Origin: Felis catus
Lineage: Eukaryota
Assembly (NCBI RefSeq): GCF_018350175.1
Contig: NC_058368.1
Span: 51,275,815 to 51,339,814 of the forward strand
DNA length: 64,000 nucleotides
Direction of reading: 5' to 3'
The notes beneath the pieces are model-generated. The model worked only from the letters and a program-made list of their open reading frames with translations. It searched no databases and was not told the origin of the DNA. Below, piece by piece: positions 23,000-35,800 of this stretch. How positions within the stretch are numbered: position 1 is the first letter of the stretch; the number at the start of each line of letters is the position of its first letter. The position numbers and the translations under genes are program-made.

Positions 23000-25140
23000 A
23001 CCCTCCAAAATGACTGAATTTCATTTTTTCTTTCTCTCCTCAAGCCTCCATCACCCTTCTTCCTTCCTCTCAGATGATCATGACCTTATCATTTTTCACT
23101 GAGAAACAGAAGCAGTTAGATACAACTCCAAAGTTACTCTCAGATTAATAAACCTACTTTCTATTTCTCTATCTTCTCTCCTGTTATAATGCAAGAAGTG
23201 CCCTAGGTCTTGTTCGAAGCCACCCCTTCATTTGTGCTGTGAATCTCATTCCATCAACACTTCCACGCCATAATTACCTTTCTCTCTCTCACTCATCATC
23301 AATTTCTCCCACTTTCCTGAATCATTTCTATTTCCATCTCATTTCTATACAAACTTCAGAATCTTCCATCTTAAACACTACCTTAAACATCCCTTGATAT
23401 ATGGGACCTAATAAGGTCTCATGTCTCTTTTCCCATTTATTTCAAACTCATCTAAAGAACTGTCTACAATCACCCTCTCCATTTCCTCATTTCCAATTCT
23501 CTCCCACAACTTATCCTGATTAGGCCTTTGTTCCCACCACTTCATTGCAACTGCTCATTGTCGGTCACCAATGACCCCAAATCTAATGGTCGTTTCTTTA
23601 TCCTCAGCAATCTCTCAGTAGCATTTGACAGCTGAAATCTACTTTCTTGAAATATATTTGTTTTGCTTCCACAACATTCTCCTCACTGGCCACTGTTTCT
23701 TAGGGTTTGGCTGGCTCTCTCACTTCTGACCACCGCTTTTAACTTAAGGAATGTCCAAGGATTTGGGTCTAGTTCTTTTTTTCTTTCAATAGCATCTTTC
23801 TAGTTGATCATTCATCCAGTCCTCAGCTTTATTTTATTTTTTTAAAATTTTTTTTTTAACGTTTATTTATTTTTGAGACAGAGAGACAGAGCATGAACAG
23901 GGGAGGGGCAGAGAGAGAGGGAGACACAGAATCAGAAGCAGGCTCCAGGCTCTGAGCCATCAGCCCAGAGCCCGATGCGGGGCTCGAACTTCCGGACCGT
24001 GAGATCGTGACCTGAGCTGAAGTCGGATGCTTAACCGACTGAGCCACCCAGGCGCCCCCAGTCCTCAGCTTTAAACACCATCTCAATATAGATGACTCTG
24101 AATTTTATTTCTCCTCTGAATTTCAAACTGAAATATCTCCACTTAGATAACCAAGAGGCATCTTGGCATCTCAACTTTAACATATCCAAAGAAGAACTCT
24201 TATTTCTTACTAGCACAGCACCCAACAAAAGAGAGCAAAAAAACACCTGCTCATTTCGGACTCTTTGGTCTTCATAAAAATCATGATACTCTATACCAGA
24301 GATCAGTAACATTTTCTGTAATATTTTAGTCTATTGTGCCAAACAGTCTTTGTCACACTATTTAACTCCACCACTGTAGCGTGAAAAGCAGCCAAAGACA
24401 GTATATAAGCTAATGAGTAAGGCTATGTTCTAACCTAACTTTCTTTACAAAAACAGGCCTAATACGGTCTGCAGACCAAAGTCGGACAGCTCCCATACTG
24501 CTACACTGCTATATATTCTATACTACTGTTGAAGCTGAAGAAATCTATAATCACTCTGGATCTTCTCTTTCTTTCACTTCCTATTTCCTTTCTGACAGCA
24601 AGGCTATTGGCTTCATCTTCTAAGTATATCCCAAATCCATCCACTCTTCATTTACACTTCTAACTCCCACCCACCCCTAGTCCAAGCCACCTAACAGTGT
24701 CTAACTCATCTCTCTGTTCCCACTCCTGCTCCCCTATAATTCATTCTCCAAAGAGTAGCCAGAATGATCTTTTAAAAACTATAAATCACAGTGTCTCATT
24801 CTCCTGCTTAAAACCCACCAAATTAATCCACACAGAAGAAAAGTGAAACTCTTTAACACAGCCTACCAGTCCCTATATTACAAGGCCATCACCTAGCTCT
24901 CTGACCTCATCCTCAACCAAATACTTCTGGTGCCCTGTCCCATCCCCATCACTCTCCATCAAATAACTTTACTTATTATTCCTTTTTGTTTACTTATTTA
25001 TAGTTTGTTTCTCCACAGGAATATAAATGTAATAAGAACGAGTACCTTGTCTATTTTGTTCATAAAAGTATCCCAGAGCCTGTTATCAGTGCCTTTCACG
25101 AAGTGGATGCTTAACAATATTGCTGAATAAATAATTCATT
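23000..25140. mobile_element. Degraded L2-like relic interrupted by a SINE and a probable MER58-like DNA element
   Basis: Pyrimidine-rich L2-like text ending ...aatattgctgaataaat; boundaries approximate. Confidence 0.55.
23832..24059 (-). mobile_element. SINEC_Fc within an L2-like relic
   Basis: TSD agtcctcagcttta. Confidence 0.92.
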
Positions 25141-26042
25141 GACTTAGACAGGAGACTATTTTAGTTAGGTTTAAAATGTCAAATGTATATGAAAACCTAT
25201 TTATTGGCAAATGGCCAGTTTTTTCTTATTTAACATGCAGTAAATCTATACAGCTCATATTTATTTTATAAAAATCACCTGCTTTCACTATATGGACATT
25301 TTGTAAGTAAAATTAAGCCAAAGACAAAATGCTACTTTCCTTTTTCTAGACCAAGATATGTTCTCAAAACTTGGCTATTTTTATAGAAAACTTTCTAGAT
25401 TGTGCATTAAAACTATTTTTAATACATATTAGAATAAAGTCATAGTAATCTGTTAATTTCTTATAAATCATGTGATATGTGATATAATAGAAACATATAA
25501 GTATTTTTTTCAGGTTCACCTTGGAGCTTTTTCTAAGTTTTATGGTACAACCTATCTAATAATTCTTTCAAGGCATCCATTTTAAAAAGTACTTCTAACA
25601 AGCAAATAAAACAACAAGTCAAAAAATCTGCTTAAATATGGAGTTAAAATTACTCAGAGGCTGAAAAATTAAGACCTCATAACTGAAAATACAACTACAA
25701 CATACACTGAAATTGCTCTGTGACTCATTAGGTGAAGGAGAAGAAAAAAAATGGAAAAACAAACTAACCAACTCTAAACAAGCCAATATATATATTTTTA
25801 GATACTAATTATTCTTTCTGTAATACCTTACTATTATTTACCATATTGGCAGTATTAGAACTGGAGATAAATACATTCTATTTGCAAATCTACACTTTAT
25901 AAAATCTGGGGTAAATCTACTGGAAATTTAAAAATGATATAAAATATCTATTATGGAAAATAAAGTTGGAATGCAGGATGATTTTAGTTGCAAGCAGCTG
26001 ACAATATACATCTTGGCTATGTGTTACAAAAATGGTCCTTAC

Positions 26043-26098
26043 CTTTTAGGAGTTGGTGATGCAAAACGCAGTTCTTCAAATGAGTAATTTTCATAAAC
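26043..26098 (-). CDS. MYCBP2: MYCBP2 exon with RAE1-binding motif (VYENYSFEELRFASPTPK)
   Basis: 56 nt, ag/gtaagg, phase 0-2. Confidence 0.94.
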
Positions 26099-26175
26099 CT
26101 TTAAGAAAGAGACCAGTAAGAATCCAGGGAGGTAAATAAATCTATCAAGACCAATAACTCATTAGAAATATTCTT

Positions 26176-26849
26176 TAAAAAAAAAAAGTTTATCGGGGCT
26201 CCTGGGTGGCTCAGTCGGTTAAGCGTCCGACTTCGGCTCAGGTCATGATCTTGTGGTCCGTGAGTTCAAGCCCGCGTCGGGCTCTGTGCTGACAGCTCAG
26301 AGCCTAGAGCCTGTTTCCGATTCTGTGTCTCCCTCTCTCTCTGACCCTCCCCCATTCATGTTCTGTCTCTCTCTGTCTCAAAAATAAATAAACGTTAAAA
26401 AAAAATTAAAAAAAAAAAGTTTATTTATTTTGAGAGAGAGATAGAGAGAGAAAGAACATGCACATGAGCATGTGGGGGAGGGGTAGAGACAGAATCCCAA
26501 GCAGACTTTGCACTGTCAGCCCAGAACCCAACACAGGGCTCAATCTCACCACTGTGAGATTATGAGCTGAGCTGAAATCAAGAGTTGGACACTTAACCAA
26601 CTAAGCCATCACAGGCTCCCTTCATTAGAAACATTCTTGGAGTGCCTGGGTGGCTCAGTCACTGGGCATCTGATTTAGGCCTCAGGTCATGATCTTGCGG
26701 GCCCGTGAGTTTGAGCCCTGGGTCGGGCTCTGTGCTGACAGCTGGAAGCCTGGAGCCTGCTTCAGATTCTGTGTCTTCTGCCCCTCCCCCACTTGTTCTC
26801 TGTCTCTGTCTCTCTCTTTCAAAAATAAAATAAAAACATTAAAAAAAAA
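26176..26849. mobile_element. Nested cluster of three Can-SINEs (+ 26195-26408; - to 26620; + 26639-26849)
   Basis: Three heads and three separate TSD pairs. Confidence 0.9.
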
Positions 26850-29800
26850 AGAAACATTCTTAAGATAGTGATAAAACATTCAATAAATGGTGCTGAGACA
26901 CCTGGTTGTCCATATAGAAGAAAAAAATCGATTACCTGCATCACATCATTTACAAAAATAAATTCTAGGTGTGTTAAAGACCTGAATGTAACAAACAAAC
27001 CATCAACAAATTAAGAGGGGGGAAAAAAAGATATTATCTTTTGAGTACATTAAAATTTTAGCTTTCTCCCAAACACACACTATAAATAAAGGGCAAGGAT
27101 ATGAGAGGACGGGAGAAGGGGATTTGTAACTGATATAACCAAAACGGGATATGAATCCATAATATACAGATTGGGGCAACTGGACCTGTAGAACAATCTG
27201 TTTCTTAATAAAAATAACAAAAGTCTGGAAGAAATTATCGTGAAATACAAAGACAAAAATGGGCTGTAGGTACCTGAAACTTGTCACATCATTCCCAGTA
27301 TTTTTGTACCCCTGTAACATTGCCAAATTAACCATTATCTTTCAAGGTTCAGGTAACGTTCTGCAAGGGTTCATTCACTTGTAACTTCTACTGTACTTAC
27401 AGTAAAGAGAGGCACACCCACACCAGTCACAAATCTCCATCCTTCATCCCACCCTTTCTCTTTTCATAGTGTGATTTAGAGAAGATCTAGCTGCTTTCAC
27501 TTACTACAAAGTTACAAATGAGAAATATGCCCTTACGGTTAGGTCCAACAGGAAAACCCAGGGTTCCAGATTCCCAGCACAATGTTTTCTGCTCTACCAC
27601 TTTCCCTCAAAATACACATTATACATTTAATAATCAAAGAACAGATCATATTTCATTTCTCCATCCTCCACAATATTTGGCTGACTATTGAGTGGCACAC
27701 AGTGTGTGTGAATGGCTAATAGAAGAAAATCTCTTTCTTGGAACACACACTGCTGTCTCCAAAAGACAGTGTGGGAATGATTTTCTATAAATGCTCTAAC
27801 CCTAGGCGACTGAGAACAGTCTTGCAAAACTGAATCTGGTTCTGGTAACTGGACTTTCAAAATAAATTATACAAACTGAATCATGTTCACAGGAAACTAA
27901 AGGAATGATTGGGAGGTAAGGGAACCAGAAAATAAATCCCTTAAATAAAAATGGAAAATGGATGAGAATGTTTATCTTTGAATTCTTTAAGTCAGTGGAC
28001 AACTAACTCATCCAAGACTCCAGCTTTTTAGCTCCCTTGTTTCTTCAACCTCAACAAACTTCACTTCAACTCTCCTTCAGCCACTCACACCAACTGTCAT
28101 AGACCTGTGAGATTCCATAGAATTGTTCTCTGAATCAAAACAAAATGGCTGCTCACAGTTTCTGCCTCAGTGACCCTTAGTTGATCTATTCTTAGACTAC
28201 CAGTCCTTCTCACCCCAACTCCTTCTCTCTGGATCTTCCTTTCCAAACAAATTAGGTTCCACTGTCCTTTCTGTAACCACTATCTGCTGAACTCCCTTCT
28301 CTCACTATTCATTTGTGGAGCTCCCTGACAAAACTTTAATGCAGAATCAATCCAACTGATTACCTTATCCATGTTCATATGACACACACTGCATTGTTCA
28401 TACATGATCTTTAGTTTCATCTGATTCTTCAAGGATGGCCGATAAATCTTTCCTTATCAGTTCTCTTTTATTCTCCACAATGACCATTTCATTTTTCCCT
28501 CTTTGTTTCAAAATCCTGACCCTAACATTCATCACTCCTATCTCCAACATATAATTACTATCTTAAATAATTCTTTTGGTTACATAACCTACAAATTAAC
28601 TAGCATCTGTATAAATTACTTTCTCTTCCCTCTCCTGGTAAGGTGCAAGAGGCAATGCTCCTATTTAAGGCCCACCCCTCCTCTGGAGCTCTAGACCCTA
28701 TTTTCATCTCTCTTGGACTATCTTCCTGGTTTCCTTCCTCTTGACTGTCTTCTCATCAGCATTAAAACATCTAAGCCTTTCTCCATTCATCCCAAATTCT
28801 AAAGCCTTCACTCAATTCTATTTCCTCTGTTTCTTTTTATAACCTAACATCTTGAAAGACCTGATCTATACTTGTTTGTCTTTACTTTCACTTCCTCTGC
28901 ATCTATAAACTCACAAACCTACCATGCCTCTAAAACTGCTCTGCCGAGATCATTTATGAATTCAATGCTGCTAGATCCTTTTCAAAACTTCACTTCTGCA
29001 GCAGAGCACTGTCAATTCTTCCCAAACTGCTCTTTACTTTCAAGACATGCCATAAGGTAGTTGGGGAAAGAAGTCAGGAAAATCAAACACGGATTGGGAC
29101 TTCCTGCCATTTGTGTGACCTTGAACAAGTTACTAAATCTCTCTCTGTGCTTCAGTTTCCACACATGTAAATGGGAACAAAAACAGTAACTTATAGGGCT
29201 GTTGTGAGGATTATATGAGTTACCGTAAGGAAAGTGGTAGGAAAAGCGGCAAAAGTATACACTGGCCCTAGCTTAATGTCTTATCTCTCTGGCTAATATT
29301 CTTATCAATGTGGTTTTTTTTTCTTTTTCTTTCCTTTTTTTCCCCTTTAACCTGTCTTGTAAATCAATGTTTCTCAAAAGTGTAGGTTTTGATTTGAATC
29401 ACTCTGCATATTTGTTTAATATGAAAATTCTTGAGCTTCTCTCTAGACCTACTGAATCTAAATCTTCAGATTACTGGAAAATCTCCTTTTTAAATAAGTG
29501 TTCCAGATGATTCTAATGTACCCCAAAACCTGAGAATCACCAATACTGGTGTTTATCCAGATCCTGTCCTGGAACTTCTCCCTTCACTCACCATGGAAGA
29601 TAGATATCATTTACTTCTACGATATCATGAGTAATCAGTGCTAATTACTCTCAAGTTCTTTTCTTGAGGTCAGACTATAATCACTTCAGGTTTGCACAAC
29701 CAACTTCCTTTTACATATCTTTGCATGGATATTTCAGAGTTATCCAAAACCCAGCACATTCAAAACTATTACCTTCCTCAACCAAAACCTGCTCCTCCTC

Positions 29801-30656
29801 CAGCATTATCAATCTTACTATGTAAGGTCAAACTGGAACTTCATCTTTTAATTCTTCCTTCCCTTTACTCCATTCCCTTCAGCCACCAAGTCCTACTGAT
29901 ACTAAATATCTTTTGAATCTATTCTCACTAAATCAAGGGATTAGCACATCATACCATATTACGTCAACAGTCTCCTAAAGAGACTCAAACCTAACCATGC
30001 CTTATGATTACTTGTCCAATTATTCTCCATATTCCATCATGACCTTTATGAAACACAAATCTAACCGTGACATTGCTCTAACTGAAAGGGTTCAATGGCT
30101 CACCACTGGTCTCTGTTACTGGCAAAATTCCTAACTCCTATTTTAACTAATGCACAACTTGCTAATTTAGTCTAACATTACCCCTAAAGAGAACTAAAAA
30201 AGCTGCACCAAATATTTAAAATATCTGTCTAAGGGCGTCAAAGAACAAGAAAACCTCAAGTAGGAAACCCAACGAAATGAGGTTGGCATGTGAGAGAACC
30301 CAAAAATCAAAGGGGGCCTAACTAAACTGAATTCCTGAAGGGCTATGTTCCAGGAGAAATGGAAACTGAAAGTAGACAAATACATTTGCAGCAAATGAAA
30401 TTCAGTTTTCAATCATCTCAATCTCTGATTGTATTAACTTGATCTATTATCGGTAATCCCCCTAGACATTGCCAAAAAATAAATGAAAATCCTCTTTGTA
30501 AGAAAATAAATCACCCTAAAAAAAATATTACATGTTTTGCATCTACTGACAGCTCTCTAGACCTGTAACTCTGTGTGTGCGTTTGGATCACGGAAATGTT
30601 TGTTAAGGGGATAAATGGTGAAAAAGAAAATGTTTCTGATAAGAAAAATAAATTAC

Positions 30657-30872
30657 CTTCATCATTGTTATGGCAATGTATCGAGCCTCCTTCACTATCA
30701 TTGGCTCGTACGACACGTCCAGCTTCGGTGAGGCCAGCCCGCCAAAAGTCATATCGGTGTTGGAAGGCGCTGCTGCTACTGCAGGACTGCCAGGCAGCCT
30801 TTGAGTTTTCTTCACTTGCTCTTGTTGTAAAGATGGTTTTTTCTGAGAAACAGGAACGGCTTTCACTTCCAC
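30657..30872 (-). CDS. MYCBP2: MYCBP2 exon (VEVKAVPVSQKK...EARYIAITMMK)
   Basis: 216 nt, ag/gtaatt, phase 0-0. Confidence 0.95.
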
Positions 30873-31249
30873 CTAACCATGATGTTATAAAAAACAAATG
30901 CTATTAGTATATAATTGCCTATGACACATTAAAAGAAGCAATTTACAAGTATGGACCCACAACTCCATAAATTTTTGGTGATCATTGGTCCATGTTGGGC
31001 ATTCCCTTCAAAGGTGTGCCAGAGTGACCTCGAGCTAGTTCCACAGAATGAATCTTGCAAACACAGTGTAAAAGAAGCCTTGGCTTTTGGGAGAAATCAT
31101 CATAGATATAAAAACGTAAAATAAAACCAAACGCCGCCATTAATACAGTAAAGTAGAATGAATCTACACTGAATTCTCAAATTCTTAACATTAAATTATT
31201 TATCAGCTAATTCAAGTAAAAAGGCTTTCCCACAATCGCCACATATTTC

Positions 31250-31328
31250 ATTTATTTTTAAATGTTTATGTATTTTGATAGAGAAGTGTGCACACATGTG
31301 CAAGCAGGGGAGAGGCAGAGAGACAAAC

Positions 31329-31371
<43 letters not shown>

Positions 31372-31498
31372 CCCAAGCAGGCTCTGTACTGTCAGCCCAG
31401 AGTCTGATGCAGGACTCAATCTCACATACTGTGAGATCATGACCTGAGCCAAAATCAAGAGACTGGATGCTTAACTGACTAAGCCAACCAGGTGCCCC
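31250..31498 (-). mobile_element. Can-SINE
   Basis: Head, (GA)n on plus, tail. Confidence 0.9.
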
Positions 31499-31642
31499 AT
31501 CTCCATATATTTTAAGCACTAATTTCAAGTTTAGCTGTTCTGCAAAGAAAATGTAGTCCATTGAGAAATCTTAAAAAATAACACATAAGAAATTTGGATC
31601 AACATAATGTCCCGGAAATATTACAAACCCATCTTGTATGTA

Positions 31643-31863
31643 CTTTATTTTATTTTATTTTTAAATGTTTATTATTTTTGAGAGACACAGAAGCAGAGCA
31701 CAAACAGAGGAGGGGCAAATAGAGAGGGAGACAGAATCTGAAACAGACTCTAGGCTCTGAGCTGTCAGCACAGAGCCCGATACGGGGCTTGAACTCACGA
31801 ACCACGCGATCATGACCTGAGCCAAAATCCGGTGCTTAACCGAATGAGCCACCCAGGTGCCCC
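31643..31863 (-). mobile_element. Can-SINE
   Basis: Head and tail. Confidence 0.9.
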
Positions 31864-32561
31864 AAACCCACCTTATATTTAAAATACATAAGTTTAAAAG
31901 TATATAGTAAAATCGTCAGCTCATATACACTGCCATCATGAAAAGTTTACAACTTTAAATGTAACAAAAAAAAGGGGAGGGGGAAAGATAAAAAGTAAGT
32001 GCTTTCAAACTTAAAGACATTTGATTTTTAAATGATAGCCACTACTTTTTGACATATTTTTATTTAATCCTTCTTTAAACAACTGTATTTACCCTAAGTA
32101 AATTAGCATCAGTACATTTGCCTGTGTACTATGAACCTTGAAGTGAATCACTGAACAATTTTATACTCTAAGAATACTGAAATACTATAGAATGACGGGT
32201 ATTTTGCTTTCTGTTATAAACTACACTATGAGTGAAAAGGATTTTGTGGATTAATGAACTCTAAACTCCAAACAACCAAATCGCTTTGTAATACATCTGG
32301 GAAAGGGTGGGGCGAGCTGGGGATTGCCTATACAAATTTTCATTCAATATAAATTTTTTTAGAAATAAAAATTTTAAATGAGATATTTACATTAATACAT
32401 TAGATCACAATGGATTCATTTTCTGCATTGCAATATGCTTTAAAATGTCATTATTAATAAAAGTCTCAGGTAAGAGCTATCCAACTAACTATATACATTA
32501 ATACAACACATGACTATTTCCATTCCTCATTCTTTTACCATCCAAATTCATGTATTTCTAA

Positions 32562-32825
32562 TTTTTTTATTAAGTTTTAAATTCTAATTTCAGTATAGTT
32601 AATATACTGTGTTATATTAGTTTCAGACGTACAATACAGTGATTCAACAATTCTGTCCTTTACTCAGTGCTCATCACACAGTGTACTTATTCTTAATCCC
32701 CTTCACCTATTTCATCCATTCCCCCACCAATCTCCCCATTGGTAACCATAAGTTTGTTGTCTACAGTTAAGAGTCTATTTCCTGGTGTGTCTCTCTCTCT
32801 TTTCTCTGCCTTTGTTTTGATTCTT
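32562..32825 (-). mobile_element. Older carnivore L1 3' end, left part (split by the full-length L1)
   Basis: L1 3'UTR-like sequence that resumes after 39006. Confidence 0.75.
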
Positions 32826-35800
32826 TTATTTTTATTTTTTTAATATGAAATTTATTGTCAAATTGGTTTCCATACAACAGCCAGTGCTCATCCCAACAGG
32901 TGCCCTCCTCAATGCCCATCACCCACTCTGCCCTCCCTCCCACCCCCCATCAAACCTCAGTTTCTCAGTTTTTAAGAGTCTCTTATGCTTTGCCTCCCTC
33001 CCTCTCTAACCTTAGTTTTTTTTCCTTCCCCTCCCCCATGGGTTTCTGTTAAGTTTCTCAGGATCCACGTAAGAGTGAAAACATGGTATCTGTCTTTCTC
33101 AGTATGACTTATTTCATTTAGCAGAATACTCTCCAGTTCCATCCATGTTGTTACAAAAGGCCATATTTCATTCCTTCTCATTGCCACGGCAGTATTCCAT
33201 TGTGCACATAAAGCAAAATTTCTTTATCCATTCATCAGTTGATGGACATTTAGGCTCTTTCCATAATTTGGCTATTGTTGAGAGTGCTGCTATAAACATT
33301 GGGGTACAAGTGCCCCTATGCATCAGCACTCCTGTATCCCTTGGGTAAATTCCTAGCAGTGCTATTGCTGGGTCATAGGGTAGGTCTATTTTTAATTTTT
33401 TGAGGAACCTCCACACTGTTTTCCAGAGTGGCTGCACCAGTTTGCATTCCCACCAACAGTGCGAGAGGGTTCCCGTTTCTCCACATCCTCGCCAGCATCT
33501 ATAGTCTCCTGATCTGCTCATTTTAGCCACTGCGCCTGGCGTGAGGTGATATCTGAGTGTGGTTTTGATTTGTATTTCCCTGATGAGGAGCGACGTTGAG
33601 CATCTTTTCATGTGCCTGTTGGCCATCCGGATGTCTTCCTTAGAGAAGTGTCTATTCGTGTTTTCTGCCCATTTCTTCACTGGATTATTTGTTTTTCGGG
33701 TGTGGAGTTTGGTGAGTTCTTTATAGATTTTGGATACTAGCCCTTTGTCCGATATATCATTTGCAAATATCATTTCCCATTCTGTTGGTTGCCTTTTAGT
33801 TTTGTTGACTGTTTCCTCTGCAGTGCAGAAGCTTTCTATCTTCATGAGGTCCCAATAGTTCATTTTTGCTTTTAATTCCCTTGCCTTTCAGGATGTGTCA
33901 AGTAAGAAATTGCTGTGGCTGAGGTCAGAGAGGTTTTTTTCCTGCTTCCTCCTCTAGGGTTTTGATGGCTTCTTGTCTCAAATTCAGGTCCTTTATCCAT
34001 TTTGAGTTTATTTTTGTGAATGGTGTGAGAAAGTGGTCTAGTTCATTCTTCTGCATGTTGCTGTCCAGTTCTCCCAGCACCATTTGTTAAAGAGACTGTT
34101 TTTCATTGGATATTCTTTCCTGCTTAGTCAAAGATTAGTTGGCCATACTTTTGTGGGTCTAATTCTGGGGTTTCTATTCTATTCCATTGGTCTATGTGTC
34201 TGTTTTTGTGCCAATACCATGCTGTCTTGATGATGACAGCTTTGTAGTAGAGGCTAAAGTCTGGGATTGTGATGCCTCCTGCTTTGGTCTTCTTCTTCAA
34301 AATTACTTTGGCTATTTGGGGTCTCTTGTGGTTCCATACAAATTTTAGGATTGCTTGTTCTAGCTTCAAGAAGAATGCTGGTGTAATTTTGATTGGGATT
34401 GCATTGAATGTGTAGACAGCTTTTGGTAGAATTGACATTTTAACAATATTTATTCTTCCAATCCATAAGCATGGAATGTTTTTTCCATTTCTTTGTGTCT
34501 TCTTCAATTTCCTCCATAAGCTTTCTATACTTTTCAGCATACAGATCTTTTACATCTTTGGTTAGGTTTATTCCTAGGTATTTTATGCTTCTTGGTGCAA
34601 TTGTGGATGGGATCAGTTTCTTTGTCTTTCTGTTGCTTCATTATTAGTGTATAAGAATGCAACTGATTTCTGTACATTGATTTTGTATCCTGTGACTTTG
34701 CTCAATTCATGTATCAGTTCTAGCAGACTTTTGGTGGAGTCTGTCGGATTTTCCATATACAATATCATGTCATCTGCAAAAAGTGAAAGCTTGAGTTCAT
34801 CTTTGCCGATTTTGATACCTTTGATTTCCTTTGGTTGTCTGATTGCTGATGCTAGCACTTCCAATACTATGTTAACAAACAGCAGTGAGAGTGGACATCC
34901 CTGTCATGTTCCTGATCTCAGGAAGAAAGCTCTCAGTTTTTCCCCGTTGAGGATGATATTAGCTGTGGGCTTTTCATAAATGGCTTTTATGATGTTTAAG
35001 TATGTTCCTTCTATCCCAACTTTCTCGAGGGTTTTTATTAAGAAAGGATGAATTTTGTCAAATGCTTTTTCTGCATCGATTGACAGGATCATATGGTTCT
35101 TTTCTTTTCTTTTATTAATGTGATGTATCACACTGATTGATTTGGGAATGTTGAACCAGCCCTGCAGCCCAGGAATGAATCCCACTTGATCATGGTGAAT
35201 AATTTTTTTTATATGCTGTTGAATTCGATTTGCTAGTATCTTGTTGAGGATTTTTGTGTCCGTATTCATCAGGGATATTGTCCTGTAGTTCTCTTTTTTT
35301 TGCTGGGTCTCTGTCTGGTTTGGGAATCAAAGTAATGCTGGCTTCATAGAATGAGTCTGGAAGTTTTCCTTCCCTTTCTATTTTTTGGAACAGCTTGAGA
35401 AGGATAGGTATTATCTCTGTTTTAAATGTCTGGTAGAACTCCCCTGGAAAGCCATCTGGTCCTGGACTCTTGTTGGGAGATTTAAAAAAAAATTTTTTTT
35501 TTTAACGTTTATTTATTTTTGAGACAGAGAGAGACAGAGCACGAACAGGGGAGGGGCAGAGAGAGAGGGAGACACAGAATCCGAAACAGGCTCCAGGCTC
35601 TGAGCTGTCAGCACAGAGCCCGACGCGGGGCTTGAACTCATGGACCGTGAGATCATGACCTGAGCCAAAGTCAGACGCTTAACCGACCGAGCCACCCAGG
35701 CGCCCCTTGTTGGGAGATTTTTGATAACTGATTCAATTTATTTGCTGAACTTTGTTCAATTTTTCTATTTCTTCCTGTTTGAGTTTTCGAAGTGTGTGGG

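Noticed and set aside
30511..30907. Extra antisense and alternate-frame ORFs over the 216-nt exon
   Set aside because: Shadow ORFs of a real coding exon with no independent support
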